This document shows, piece by piece, positions 28,346 through 36,946 of a stretch of DNA of 64,000 nt. The position numbers were made by a program, and so were the translations under genes. Below the pieces are notes generated by a model. The model was not told the origin of the DNA and ran no database searches. It saw only the letters and a program-made list of their open reading frames with translations. Position 1 is the first letter of the stretch. Each line of letters starts with the position of its first letter. The DNA is taken from contig CAVSPA010000005.1 in the NCBI GenBank assembly GCA_963729715.1, positions 128,001 to 192,000 of the forward strand. The letters run 5' to 3'. This stretch comes from an uncultured delta proteobacterium (GTDB lineage Bacteria; Desulfobacterota; Syntrophia; Syntrophales; UBA2185).

Positions 28346-29221
28346 ATGGAAAATGCATGGATACTGCTGGCGTTGATTGCCGCCCTCACCGGTGGAACCA
28401 GTGATGCCCTTACAAAGAAGGCTTTACAGCTTCATGATGAATACACAATCGCATGGTTACGCCAACTGGTTGTTATCCTGTTTTTGTCGTCATGCCTCTT
28501 CTTTATTCCAATTCCGGCGCTGAATGGAGATTTTTATAAAGCGTTCTTATCCGCACTGCCTTTTGAAGTAATCGCATATATCCTTTACATGAAGGCGATT
28601 AAAATATCTCCCCTCAGCCTTACGGTGCCGTTTCTGTCTTTAACACCTGTATGTCTGATCATTATTCCTTACATCATGCTGGGAGAATTGGTCTCCTTCC
28701 GGGGCGGCATCGGCATACTGATGATTGCTCTCGGAAGTTATACTCTGAATCTGAAGGAAATCGGCAAAGGATTCCTCGAACCGCTTAAGGCTATCGGGAA
28801 AGAAAAAGGTTCCGTCTTTATGATCGTCGTCGCCATCCTTTATGGATTCACCAACACTTTTGGCAAACATGCCCTTAACCACTCATCTGCACTTTTTTTC
28901 GGGGTTACATACAATCTGGCATTTTTCATTGTGCTAAGCCCGGTCATTTTCAAGGTCGGCAAAATCCATTCACACGGCCGCATCTGCAAAGAGTCTCTGA
29001 AGATCTCTCTTCTACCCGGATTCTTCGCAGCCATAACTGTGATCTTCTATACCATTGCCATGAGTCTGGCAAATGTGGCCTACACGGTGGCTGTCTGTAG
29101 GTTGAGTCTTCTGGTCGGTGTGATCTACGGTCATTTTCTCTTTAAGGAAACCGGTTTCAGAGAAAGACTGCTGGGCACGACTCTAATGCTTATGGGATTT
29201 GTGATCATTTTGCTGGAGTAA
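28346..29221 (+). CDS. EamA/DMT-family transporter
   Basis: About 10 TM segments arranged as two repeats. Confidence 0.85.
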   Translation: MENAWILLALIAALTGGTSDALTKKALQLHDEYTIAWLRQLVVILFLSSCLFFIPIPALNGDFYKAFLSALPFEVIAYILYMKAIKISPLSLTVPFLSLTPVCLIIIPYIMLGELVSFRGGIGILMIALGSYTLNLKEIGKGFLEPLKAIGKEKGSVFMIVVAILYGFTNTFGKHALNHSSALFFGVTYNLAFFIVLSPVIFKVGKIHSHGRICKESLKISLLPGFFAAITVIFYTIAMSLANVAYTVAVCRLSLLVGVIYGHFLFKETGFRERLLGTTLMLMGFVIILLE

Positions 29222-29238
29222 TCTGGATTCCCGATCAA

Positions 29239-30977
29239 GAGACTGTATCATGATAGATTAGGCACTTTGTAACATAAGCGCTCTTTGACAAAAAAATATT
29301 AGGAAATCGTCACGCGCTGTAACATGAAAAGATTTCAGGCGCTGTCAACTCATATCCGTGTCTGCTTTGTGGCATGCACAGTTAGACTTACCCGTCACAT
29401 CACGCGGCAACTGGAACCGTATTCAAGGCTACCAGCTTTTCTCTCAGTACCCCAACTCCAAAGATCGTAATCATGCGTGCAACATTGAAGCAGGTTGCTA
29501 AAAGTGAGGTTTCGGCTTGAACACCATCTCGGCCTCGCAAAAGAAAAGCATCGGTTTTTAAGTTCCGTCGAATATGGCCGAAGGGATGCTCGACTCTGGT
29601 TTTCCTGCGGGCGTAAATCTTCTGAGATGATTCCTCCTCATACTGAGCTTCCAGTTTTATCTTTACGTCCTCATTGCGCAACCGGATAACATTACGGCCA
29701 CTACGGGCTTTGGTACAATGACCATAATGCCGACAGTGATGGCACAACTTCTTATCTTCCATCCGATATTGCCGCTTGCCTTTTCTCTTATTGGTAAAAC
29801 TATAAAGCAATCTGTGTCCTTCCGGGCATATATAGCAATCCATCTCTTTATCATAGGTAAAATGGCTCTTGCTGAATGGACTTTCTGCCTCGTGTAATGC
29901 TTGCCGCTGTGATGGAACAATAACCTTTATCTCCTGTTGATCAATCTTCTCCAATTCAACGGTATCCCTATATCCGGCATCGGCGCACGCCACTTTGCAG
30001 GGCGCCTCCAACAGTTCATTGGCCTGATCGATCTGCCGGGCAAACTGCCGTACATCGTTGGCGTCGCTTACCGCTTCTGCCTGAACGATAAGGCCGTGTT
30101 CATCATCCACTACGCTCTGGACATTATAACCGGCATGACTGCCCTGAACACTGTGCATCATGGCGCAATCAGGATCAGTCTGATTGACTTGCTTCCTATC
30201 GCTTGATGCAAAAGATTTAAGGGCCTCCTTGATCCGCTCTTTCAAATTCTGATTCTTAGCCAACTCTTTGTCCATCGCAACCTCAGAGGATGTGCCTTCC
30301 TCTGACTTGTCGGTAGTCTCACAATCGGCGAGCAACTGCTCAATACGGCTGTCAAGGTTAGCCAGAAGCTTTTCATAATAGGTTCGGTCATAAGTGCGAT
30401 TACGTCCGGCATTTGCCCTAATCTTCGTGCCGTCAACAAACAGAACATTACCCGCGATCAGTTCCAGTTTGATGCATACCTGGGCACAGTGTCGTAAAAC
30501 CTTTTTCAACGCTTTCTTGTTCCGGCGCCGGAACTCCGCTATCGTCTTATGGTCAGGTTTCAAACCGCCCATGAGCCAGATAAAGGCTATGTTATGGTAA
30601 CACTCCCTCTCCAGCTTACGGGAACTCTTCACGCCGTACGAATAGCCATATACAAGCAGCTTGAGCATTGACCGGGGATCGTATTCGGCATTGCCTACCT
30701 TGTACGGATTGATATTGATTCCCGGTTCATGGAAATCAACAGCTTCGACAAAGGCGTCATAGGCCCTGACAGGATCATCCTCAGCCACATATTCTTCAAT
30801 GCTCTGGGGAAGTAAACTCATCTGCTGACGATCGCCACTTCGATATGCCATGCTGTTTCTCCTTTCGGAAAAACTCTATCATATCAATGTGGCTTGTGTT
30901 ACAGCTTTTTCTCCTAAACCTAATATCTTTTTGTCAAAGAGCCTGTTTGTAAATTAACCTGATTATGACACAGTCTC
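29239..30977 (-). mobile_element. IS1182-family insertion sequence
   Basis: Terminal IR GAGACTGTATCATGAT / ATTATGACACAGTCTC plus an inner 24-bp IR (29280-29303 / 30919-30942). Confidence 0.9.
29400..30851 (-). CDS. IS1182-family transposase
   Basis: YDPRSMLK, SSRKLE, PDHKTIAEFRR, VDGTK, DAGY, VEHPFG. Confidence 0.93.
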   Translation of the reverse strand: MAYRSGDRQQMSLLPQSIEEYVAEDDPVRAYDAFVEAVDFHEPGININPYKVGNAEYDPRSMLKLLVYGYSYGVKSSRKLERECYHNIAFIWLMGGLKPDHKTIAEFRRRNKKALKKVLRHCAQVCIKLELIAGNVLFVDGTKIRANAGRNRTYDRTYYEKLLANLDSRIEQLLADCETTDKSEEGTSSEVAMDKELAKNQNLKERIKEALKSFASSDRKQVNQTDPDCAMMHSVQGSHAGYNVQSVVDDEHGLIVQAEAVSDANDVRQFARQIDQANELLEAPCKVACADAGYRDTVELEKIDQQEIKVIVPSQRQALHEAESPFSKSHFTYDKEMDCYICPEGHRLLYSFTNKRKGKRQYRMEDKKLCHHCRHYGHCTKARSGRNVIRLRNEDVKIKLEAQYEEESSQKIYARRKTRVEHPFGHIRRNLKTDAFLLRGRDGVQAETSLLATCFNVARMITIFGVGVLREKLVALNTVPVAA

Positions 30978-31078
30978 CACGTCGGGAATGAAGGACTATT
31001 ATTTAAGGGCAGAAAAAGATTTCTCCCTTCCGTCGAAATGACACCTTAATAATGAAATGATGTACTTAGTATATCCTG

Positions 31079-32614
31079 TCAGCCGCGTTTCCTTCCGTAA
31101 GGAATCCCCAGTTTTTTCATTTTGCTTCTTAGTGTGCTCGGGTTGATGTCGAGGATGGCGGCCGCCCCTCCAGGCCCGTGCACGATGCCGTTTGCCTTTT
31201 GGAGGGCACGCTGTATGTGCAGGGCAGTGGCTTTGTCGAGATTGATTGGTTCAATGGCAAGGCCGGCAAGTTGCTCAGGCGCGCCGACTTCGTCTGCTCC
31301 AGCGAGAAGCCTGAATGTCAGAGGCTCTCCCTTGTTCAGGATCAATTCGCGCTCCACAACGTTTTCCAGCTCCCGGACGTTCCCCGGCCAGTGGTACGTC
31401 ATCAGGCGGTCTATCGCTCCGGGTGAAAGTTCCGGGGCGGCTGGCAGCTTCAGTTGTTTCATTTTCTTATTAATAAAATAATAGACGAGAGACGGAATAT
31501 CCTCTTTTCTTTCCCGCAAGGGCGGCACCCTTATGGGAAATACGTTTATGCGAAACCACAGATCCTCGCGGAACAGCTTTTCCCTGACCATATCCTGAAG
31601 ATTTCTGTGGGTGGCGGCGATGATCCTTATATCTACGGGAATGGCCTTTGTCCCTCCTACACGCTCGATCTCTTTTTCCTGAAGGACGCGGAGCATCCTG
31701 ATCTGGGCATGCGGTGGAAGTTCTCCGATCTCATCAAGAAAAATGGTCCCATGATTCGCGCGCTCGAAGCGTCCGCGCTTCTGTTCGATGGCGCCTGTGA
31801 AGGCTCCCTTCTCATGGCCGAAGAGTTCGCTGTCGATTAAAGTTTCCGGAATAGCGCCGCTGTTGACGGTGATGAAAGGGTCTTTCCTCCGGGGAGAAAG
31901 ATAGTGGATGGCGCTTGCTATGACGCCCTTCCCCGCTCCCGTTTCACCCAGGAGCAGCACAGGACTTTCGAGAGGCGCAACTTTTCTCACCATCTCCATA
32001 ACGTCCTTCAGGCCGAAGTCCGTGCCGACGATTTCATCGCCTGACATGCGCAGCAATTCCTGATTAAGATAACGGTTGTCATCCGTCAGCATGTCCTTTA
32101 GCCTGAGGACCTGCTGATACGCGAGTGCGTTGGAAACGGCAATGCCAAAGGGTTCGTTGAGGAGGGCGAAGAGCCGGGCATGCTCCTCCGTGTATCTGTC
32201 CTTTCCGTCCGTGGTCAGGGTGAGGGAACCCAATCTCGCGCCTTCAATTACGAGACGCATCACTAGGGCGGAGGAATTATGCATGTTTAATGATTCGGTG
32301 ATCTTCTTGATGACGGGATCCTCTTCTGGACGGTTGACGATCCGCACGTTCGGCACGCCGGGCTTTTCAAAGCTGTCCCTGCCTTCGCGGGTGAGGGGCG
32401 TTATCTTTTCCATTGTCCTGGTCTCTTCTGCCTTCACCTCGGTGATCGTGCGGATGGCGCCCATGCTCTTCTCATAGAGGTGCAGGAAGATGCTGTCCAC
32501 GGGCATGTATTTCACGAGATGGTGGAGCGAGCGCTGCAGGGCGGTTTCCAGATCGAGGCTGCTGCAGATGAGCACTGTCATCTGACGAAAGAATTCGTTT
32601 TCATTTATGGGCAT
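31079..32614 (-). CDS. Sigma54-dependent activator, GAF-AAA+-HTH (FhlA-like)
   Basis: GETGAGK, ELFGHEKGAFTGA, WPGNVRELEN, Fis-type HTH. Confidence 0.93.
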   Translation of the reverse strand: MPINENEFFRQMTVLICSSLDLETALQRSLHHLVKYMPVDSIFLHLYEKSMGAIRTITEVKAEETRTMEKITPLTREGRDSFEKPGVPNVRIVNRPEEDPVIKKITESLNMHNSSALVMRLVIEGARLGSLTLTTDGKDRYTEEHARLFALLNEPFGIAVSNALAYQQVLRLKDMLTDDNRYLNQELLRMSGDEIVGTDFGLKDVMEMVRKVAPLESPVLLLGETGAGKGVIASAIHYLSPRRKDPFITVNSGAIPETLIDSELFGHEKGAFTGAIEQKRGRFERANHGTIFLDEIGELPPHAQIRMLRVLQEKEIERVGGTKAIPVDIRIIAATHRNLQDMVREKLFREDLWFRINVFPIRVPPLRERKEDIPSLVYYFINKKMKQLKLPAAPELSPGAIDRLMTYHWPGNVRELENVVERELILNKGEPLTFRLLAGADEVGAPEQLAGLAIEPINLDKATALHIQRALQKANGIVHGPGGAAAILDINPSTLRSKMKKLGIPYGRKRG

Positions 32615-32741
32615 GGATTGATCCTCTCCTTATAAAATCCCCTATGGCTCCGTTTGTTAAAGGGCGAACAGATAGATTTCTCCCTGCGGTCGAAATGACA
32701 ACCATCCGGATTCCCGTCTTCGCGGGAATGACAGAGCGTGG

Positions 32742-32873
32742 TTGTTGTATATCGCAAATTAACATATCGTTGTGAAATGGCGCAAGGATTATTGTGGTAA
32801 TTCGCAAGTTACAATGCCCGCCTTTCGTAAGTTATCAGTATCACGACCAATATTTTTTGGCACGCTGTATGCT
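32742..32873 (+). promoter_or_regulatory. Sigma54 promoter with three upstream activator sites
   Basis: TGGCACGCTGTATGC at 32858-32872; three 16-bp TTGT-N7-CGCAA sites at 32742, 32770 and 32792. Confidence 0.75.
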
Positions 32874-32909
32874 CATATACAGGACAGACTCAAGCAGGAG
32901 GTTAAGTAA

Positions 32910-33188
32910 ATGCAGTGGATGGAGGAAATAAAGCTCCGCATCGCCGAGAAAAATCCGGAATTGGTGGAAGGAGAAATCGAGAAGCTGATAAAGGACCTCG
33001 GCAATAACGGCAGCATGAAGGATATAAAACTCTACCACAACGCGGTAGTGGATAACGACATGAGTGTCCACCTGCATTGGGAAACTGGAAACGCGGAGCC
33101 GCAAGGCAGCGCCACCGGCCTCTGCCTGGTTCATGTCCTCAGAGAGTACGGACTGATTTCCCATTCTGTTTGGGTAGAAGGAAGATAG
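32910..33188 (+). CDS. Hypothetical protein (92 aa)
   Basis: AGGAGG RBS; first gene after the sigma54 promoter. Confidence 0.7.
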   Translation: MQWMEEIKLRIAEKNPELVEGEIEKLIKDLGNNGSMKDIKLYHNAVVDNDMSVHLHWETGNAEPQGSATGLCLVHVLREYGLISHSVWVEGR

Positions 33189-33221
33189 AGACATGAGCGG
33201 AAAGATTTTGGAGGTGTTATC

Positions 33222-33593
33222 ATGGATATTTTAGCTGGTTTAAATGCGGTCACGCTCATTTTCGTAGCGTTATGCGTTTTTGCCATTGGTTACCGATTTT
33301 ATGGAGTCTTCATGGCATTCGTCACCGTATGCGCCGGGTATCTGAATATCACAGAGAACTATCTGCCTAAAGGCAACTATGTTCTGACTGTGCTGTCCAT
33401 CATCATCATGGTCTTGATGATCATCCTTTTCATCGTGACATTCAAGCGGTGGTATGAACTTCTCAACATCAAGAAGGATGTCATTGACAAATGGTGTGAG
33501 AAGGTCCGCACGCTTATCACCGATGAAGATCTCACGGTGGAGGAGGCGAAAGCGGCGAGGGCAGGCTTTGCCCGAGAGATGGTCAAAACGTGA
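33222..33593 (+). pseudogene. cstA: Internally deleted carbon starvation protein A (CstA) remnant
   Basis: CstA-like N-terminus NAVTLIFVALCVFAIGYRFYG fused in frame to a CstA-like C-terminus AGYLNITENYLP...KRWYELL; only 123 aa. Confidence 0.6.
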
Positions 33594-33675
33594 TGCATTA
33601 ACATTAGTGAGTGGGGTATGGGCGCAGATGCCCGTACCCCATACAAAAGACCGCTCCGAAAAAGGAGGGTATGAA

Positions 33676-34011
33676 ATGAACAGATTATCGAAAGACATGA
33701 AGAGAAAAACTGTCAAGGACCTCAAGGTATACTTCGGCAGACCTCCTTACGACGTCGAGTATATCAGGCGTTCTTATGGTTCGTCCGACTTTCTTGACCA
33801 AGAGGCCCTTGCAAAATATGGCAGGACGCTCCCTGAACTGATCAGAGAATTGCAGGCGGTTTACATGACCGAGAAGACAAAGTCGGAAGCCTATCGAGAC
33901 CTCAAGATATATCTCGGTGAACCGCCTGTAACGAGAGAAACGCTTCGACAGAGGTTCGCGTCAGGCCTCTGCGAGAAGCAAGTTCAAGCCAAGTATTTCA
34001 TGACAGTATGA
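33676..34011 (+). CDS. Hypothetical protein with duplicated DLK(V/I)YxGxPP motif
   Basis: AAGGAGG RBS; KDLKVYFGRPP and RDLKIYLGEPP repeats. Confidence 0.65.
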   Translation: MNRLSKDMKRKTVKDLKVYFGRPPYDVEYIRRSYGSSDFLDQEALAKYGRTLPELIRELQAVYMTEKTKSEAYRDLKIYLGEPPVTRETLRQRFASGLCEKQVQAKYFMTV

Positions 34012-34058
34012 TCTAATGAAACGAGTCGGATTCGAAGTAGTTGAATAGCGGGGGAGAG

Positions 34059-34250
34059 ATGGAAAGGTTCCAGTCCGGAAAGATGGATGAGGTAATAAAA
34101 AGCAACAGGACGCATTCCGGCGAACAGCCCGGTGTCACAGACAGAATTGAAGATACCCCATCACCGGGTGGCCTCGGGATGCGCATCCTGTCCAAATATT
34201 CGATAACAGTCGACACCCTGATGACGGCTGTGGAGATTGCATGCATATGA
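34059..34250 (+). CDS. Possible small hypothetical protein
   Basis: GGAG RBS before ATG; no recognisable motif. Confidence 0.3.
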   Translation: MERFQSGKMDEVIKSNRTHSGEQPGVTDRIEDTPSPGGLGMRILSKYSITVDTLMTAVEIACI

Positions 34251-34559
34251 AAAGGATTTCTTCCGGAGTTTACCCTGAGTAAATCGAAGGGGTCAAATGA
34301 CAAAAATAGTTTGTTATTCCTGCCCCGATAAGAAACATTCGAGGGCTGCGGCAGGAATTTAGAGTAATTGTTATTCCTAACGAGTGTACAGAGATGTGGC
34401 GAAAAACATGTCGATCCCTCCTCTTTAGGGAAAGGGGGCCGGGGGGATTTCTTTCACAACACAAGAATCCCCTTCGTCCCCCTGAGGGGAAGGCAAGGCG
34501 CGTAAATTAAACTTATAAACCGGCTGACAATCAGACTGATTGGAGATCAGCCAAAAAGA

Positions 34560-35051
34560 ATGGAGGAACACATCATGTTAGAAAGATCGAAACAAAAAGC
34601 GAAAGAGTGGGTGGCCAAGGCGATAGAGTTTTACAAAGCTTCCGGCAGGGAGATCGCGCTGGCCGAGTTTACAAATCCTCATGGGCCCTTTGTCCAGAAC
34701 GAAATGTACATCTTTGTGCTGGATTCCCAGGGGAACATGGTTGCGCATGGAGTCAATGAGAAATACGCGGACATGAACTTCATAAACCTCAAGGATTCCA
34801 GGGGAAAGAACTTCATCCGGGAAATCGTCGAAGCGGCAAATGCGAACGGCAGCGGCTGGGTGGATTACCAGTGGTACAACCCGGTTACCAAAGAAACGAA
34901 ACCCAAGAGCCTGTATTTCGAGAAGATCGATGACTTGATAATTTGCAGCGGAATCTATATAGTAAGATTGTTGGATATTATTTCCTACAATCTTGAGAAT
35001 ATGCAATATCAAGGAGATGCGTACTTCGGCGAATATCAGCCTCGGGTATGA
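34560..35051 (+). CDS. Stand-alone single-Cache domain protein
   Basis: YIFVLD, AHG, KDSRGK, GSGWVDYQWYNP, ICSGIY. Confidence 0.85.
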   Translation: MEEHIMLERSKQKAKEWVAKAIEFYKASGREIALAEFTNPHGPFVQNEMYIFVLDSQGNMVAHGVNEKYADMNFINLKDSRGKNFIREIVEAANANGSGWVDYQWYNPVTKETKPKSLYFEKIDDLIICSGIYIVRLLDIISYNLENMQYQGDAYFGEYQPRV

Positions 35052-35125
35052 TTTAGCGGCAGCGGCAAGGTTAAGGCACGACTTGCATAATTAAATTCTA
35101 TTAACTACTAAAAGAGGAGGCGCAT

Positions 35126-35536
35126 ATGTACGGAGCATCAGGAAAAGAAGCGAAAGAGTTTGTGAAGAAGGCAATTGGATTTTACAAGAAAGCAGGCAAG
35201 GCAGTTGCTTTGGCGGAGTTCACCAATCCCAAAGGACCTTTCATCGAAGGCGAGCAGTATGTTTTTGTCTTGAACCTCAAAGGGACGATGCTGGCGCACG
35301 GGGTCAATGAAAAGTACATCGGGCAGGACTTCATTGACGTCAAGGATTCCGACGGCAGGAGCTTTATCCGGGAGATCGTCGAAGTCGCCGATAAGAAAGG
35401 CAGCGGCTTCGTGGATTACAAATGGTACAAACCGGAGACCAAAGAAGACCTGGCGAAGCACGTGTACTTCGAAAAAGTAGATGACGTAATCATCTGCAGC
35501 GGTGTCTACAAAGAGATGTGGCGGGATCTGTTGTAG
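35126..35536 (+). CDS. Stand-alone single-Cache domain protein (paralog)
   Basis: YVFVLN, AHG, KDSDG, GSGFVDYKW, ICSGVY. Confidence 0.88.
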   Translation: MYGASGKEAKEFVKKAIGFYKKAGKAVALAEFTNPKGPFIEGEQYVFVLNLKGTMLAHGVNEKYIGQDFIDVKDSDGRSFIREIVEVADKKGSGFVDYKWYKPETKEDLAKHVYFEKVDDVIICSGVYKEMWRDLL

Positions 35537-35595
35537 TTTGCAAACCCCTCCGATAGCGCAGAAGCAGACCTGCATCTGTAGACAACGCTTTCAGG

Positions 35596-35628
35596 GCCGC
35601 CTCACATTCCAGTGGGGCGGCTTTTTTT
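35596..35628 (+). terminator. Rho-independent terminator
   Basis: GCCGCCTCAC-loop-GTGGGGCGGC followed by a T-run. Confidence 0.75.
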
Positions 35629-35683
35629 ACGAAATCAAATTCGGCGGGAAGTGAAATATTTCAGTGAATGGGAAGGGCGGTAA

Positions 35684-36580
35684 TCATAGGATAACTCTTG
35701 CTTCACAGAAGATAGCCATCATGAGGAGAATCCCGAAGACGGTGTCAAACTGGGCCGTCAGGGCATCGGCCATATCGGGGACATTCTTCTTGAAGGTTCT
35801 CAAAAGGCTTACCGCTTTGGGAATAGAGAGGAAGATGAGCAGTCCCCAGAAGCTCATGATTCCTGTAAGGATCATGCCGAGGACGTACGCATAGGCAAGC
35901 GCGATGAGCCCCGCGAACAGGATGTAGCTGTTGCGGCTTCCGAGCATGATGCTCACGGTCTTGACGTTATGGCGTGAATCATAGGCGATGTCCCTCATGT
36001 TGTTGGCAAAGAGGACGAGGGCGACCAGGACTCCGAAGGGAACCGATATGTACAAGGCCTTCATGGAAAGAGCCTGGCGCTGCACCGCGTAAGCCCCTTC
36101 GATCATGAGAGGGCCCCACATCATGAAGACAGCGAACTCGCCGAGGGCGTGGTACTTGAACTTAACCGGACCTGCCGTATAGTAGATGCTCGTGAACAAC
36201 CCGATAAGCCCGATCCACAGGATATGCCAGGAGCGGACTACCGCCGCCGTCATGCCGATAGCTACTGTTAAGAACAGAAAGACAGAGGCTTCAACCAAGG
36301 TCTCGCGGGGCGTAAGCATGCCCGAGATGATCGGCTGCGGCCGATATATCGCCGTAGGCGAATCCTTCTGGTCGATATCGTAGAGGGTGTCGAAATAATC
36401 GTTGATCAAATTGGCGGCGGCGTGGAAAAGGGTGATGCCGATTGCGGTCACGATAAACCATAACCAGGACACGGACCCCTCTTCGGCGGCCAGAAGCGTC
36501 CCCACGGAAACGGAAATGAGGGACATCGTGAATGACCAAGGACGGGTCGCGATGAAATATTTCTTCATATAATCAAACAT
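35684..36580 (-). CDS. menA: UbiA/MenA-family prenyltransferase
   Basis: ATRPWS, NLINDYFD, YTAGP, LGE, NNMRDIAYD. Confidence 0.8.
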   Translation of the reverse strand: MFDYMKKYFIATRPWSFTMSLISVSVGTLLAAEEGSVSWLWFIVTAIGITLFHAAANLINDYFDTLYDIDQKDSPTAIYRPQPIISGMLTPRETLVEASVFLFLTVAIGMTAAVVRSWHILWIGLIGLFTSIYYTAGPVKFKYHALGEFAVFMMWGPLMIEGAYAVQRQALSMKALYISVPFGVLVALVLFANNMRDIAYDSRHNVKTVSIMLGSRNSYILFAGLIALAYAYVLGMILTGIMSFWGLLIFLSIPKAVSLLRTFKKNVPDMADALTAQFDTVFGILLMMAIFCEARVIL

Positions 36581-36946
36581 GAATTGCTTCCCATTTTTTT
36601 GTCTGCGCGATTGGCGCAATTTAATAAGAATGAGCCCTTGTGTCAAGTTCTTTGTGTCAGGCGGGTTGAGAGGAAATCCCCCTGTGTCCCGCTTTTTCAT
36701 CTTACTGTCATTCCGGTGAGCCGAAGCTCTGAACATGGTGAAGGGGCATGTGATGAATCTTGATGTTCTTCTCTCAGATCAGGGAACAAGATTTCTCCCT
36801 GCGGTCGAAATGACAGGAAGGGAACGAAAAGGGGAAATGTACTAATGTTCCATGCGTTTCTTACCGAATAAACAAAAATGCAATTCCTGACCAAAATGTA
36901 GTATACATTTAAGAATTTATTTCAGTCCCTTATCTATGGAGGAGCC

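Noticed and set aside
35074..35088. Sigma54 promoter AGGCACGACTTGCA
   Set aside because: GG-to-GC spacing is 8 nt rather than the required 10.
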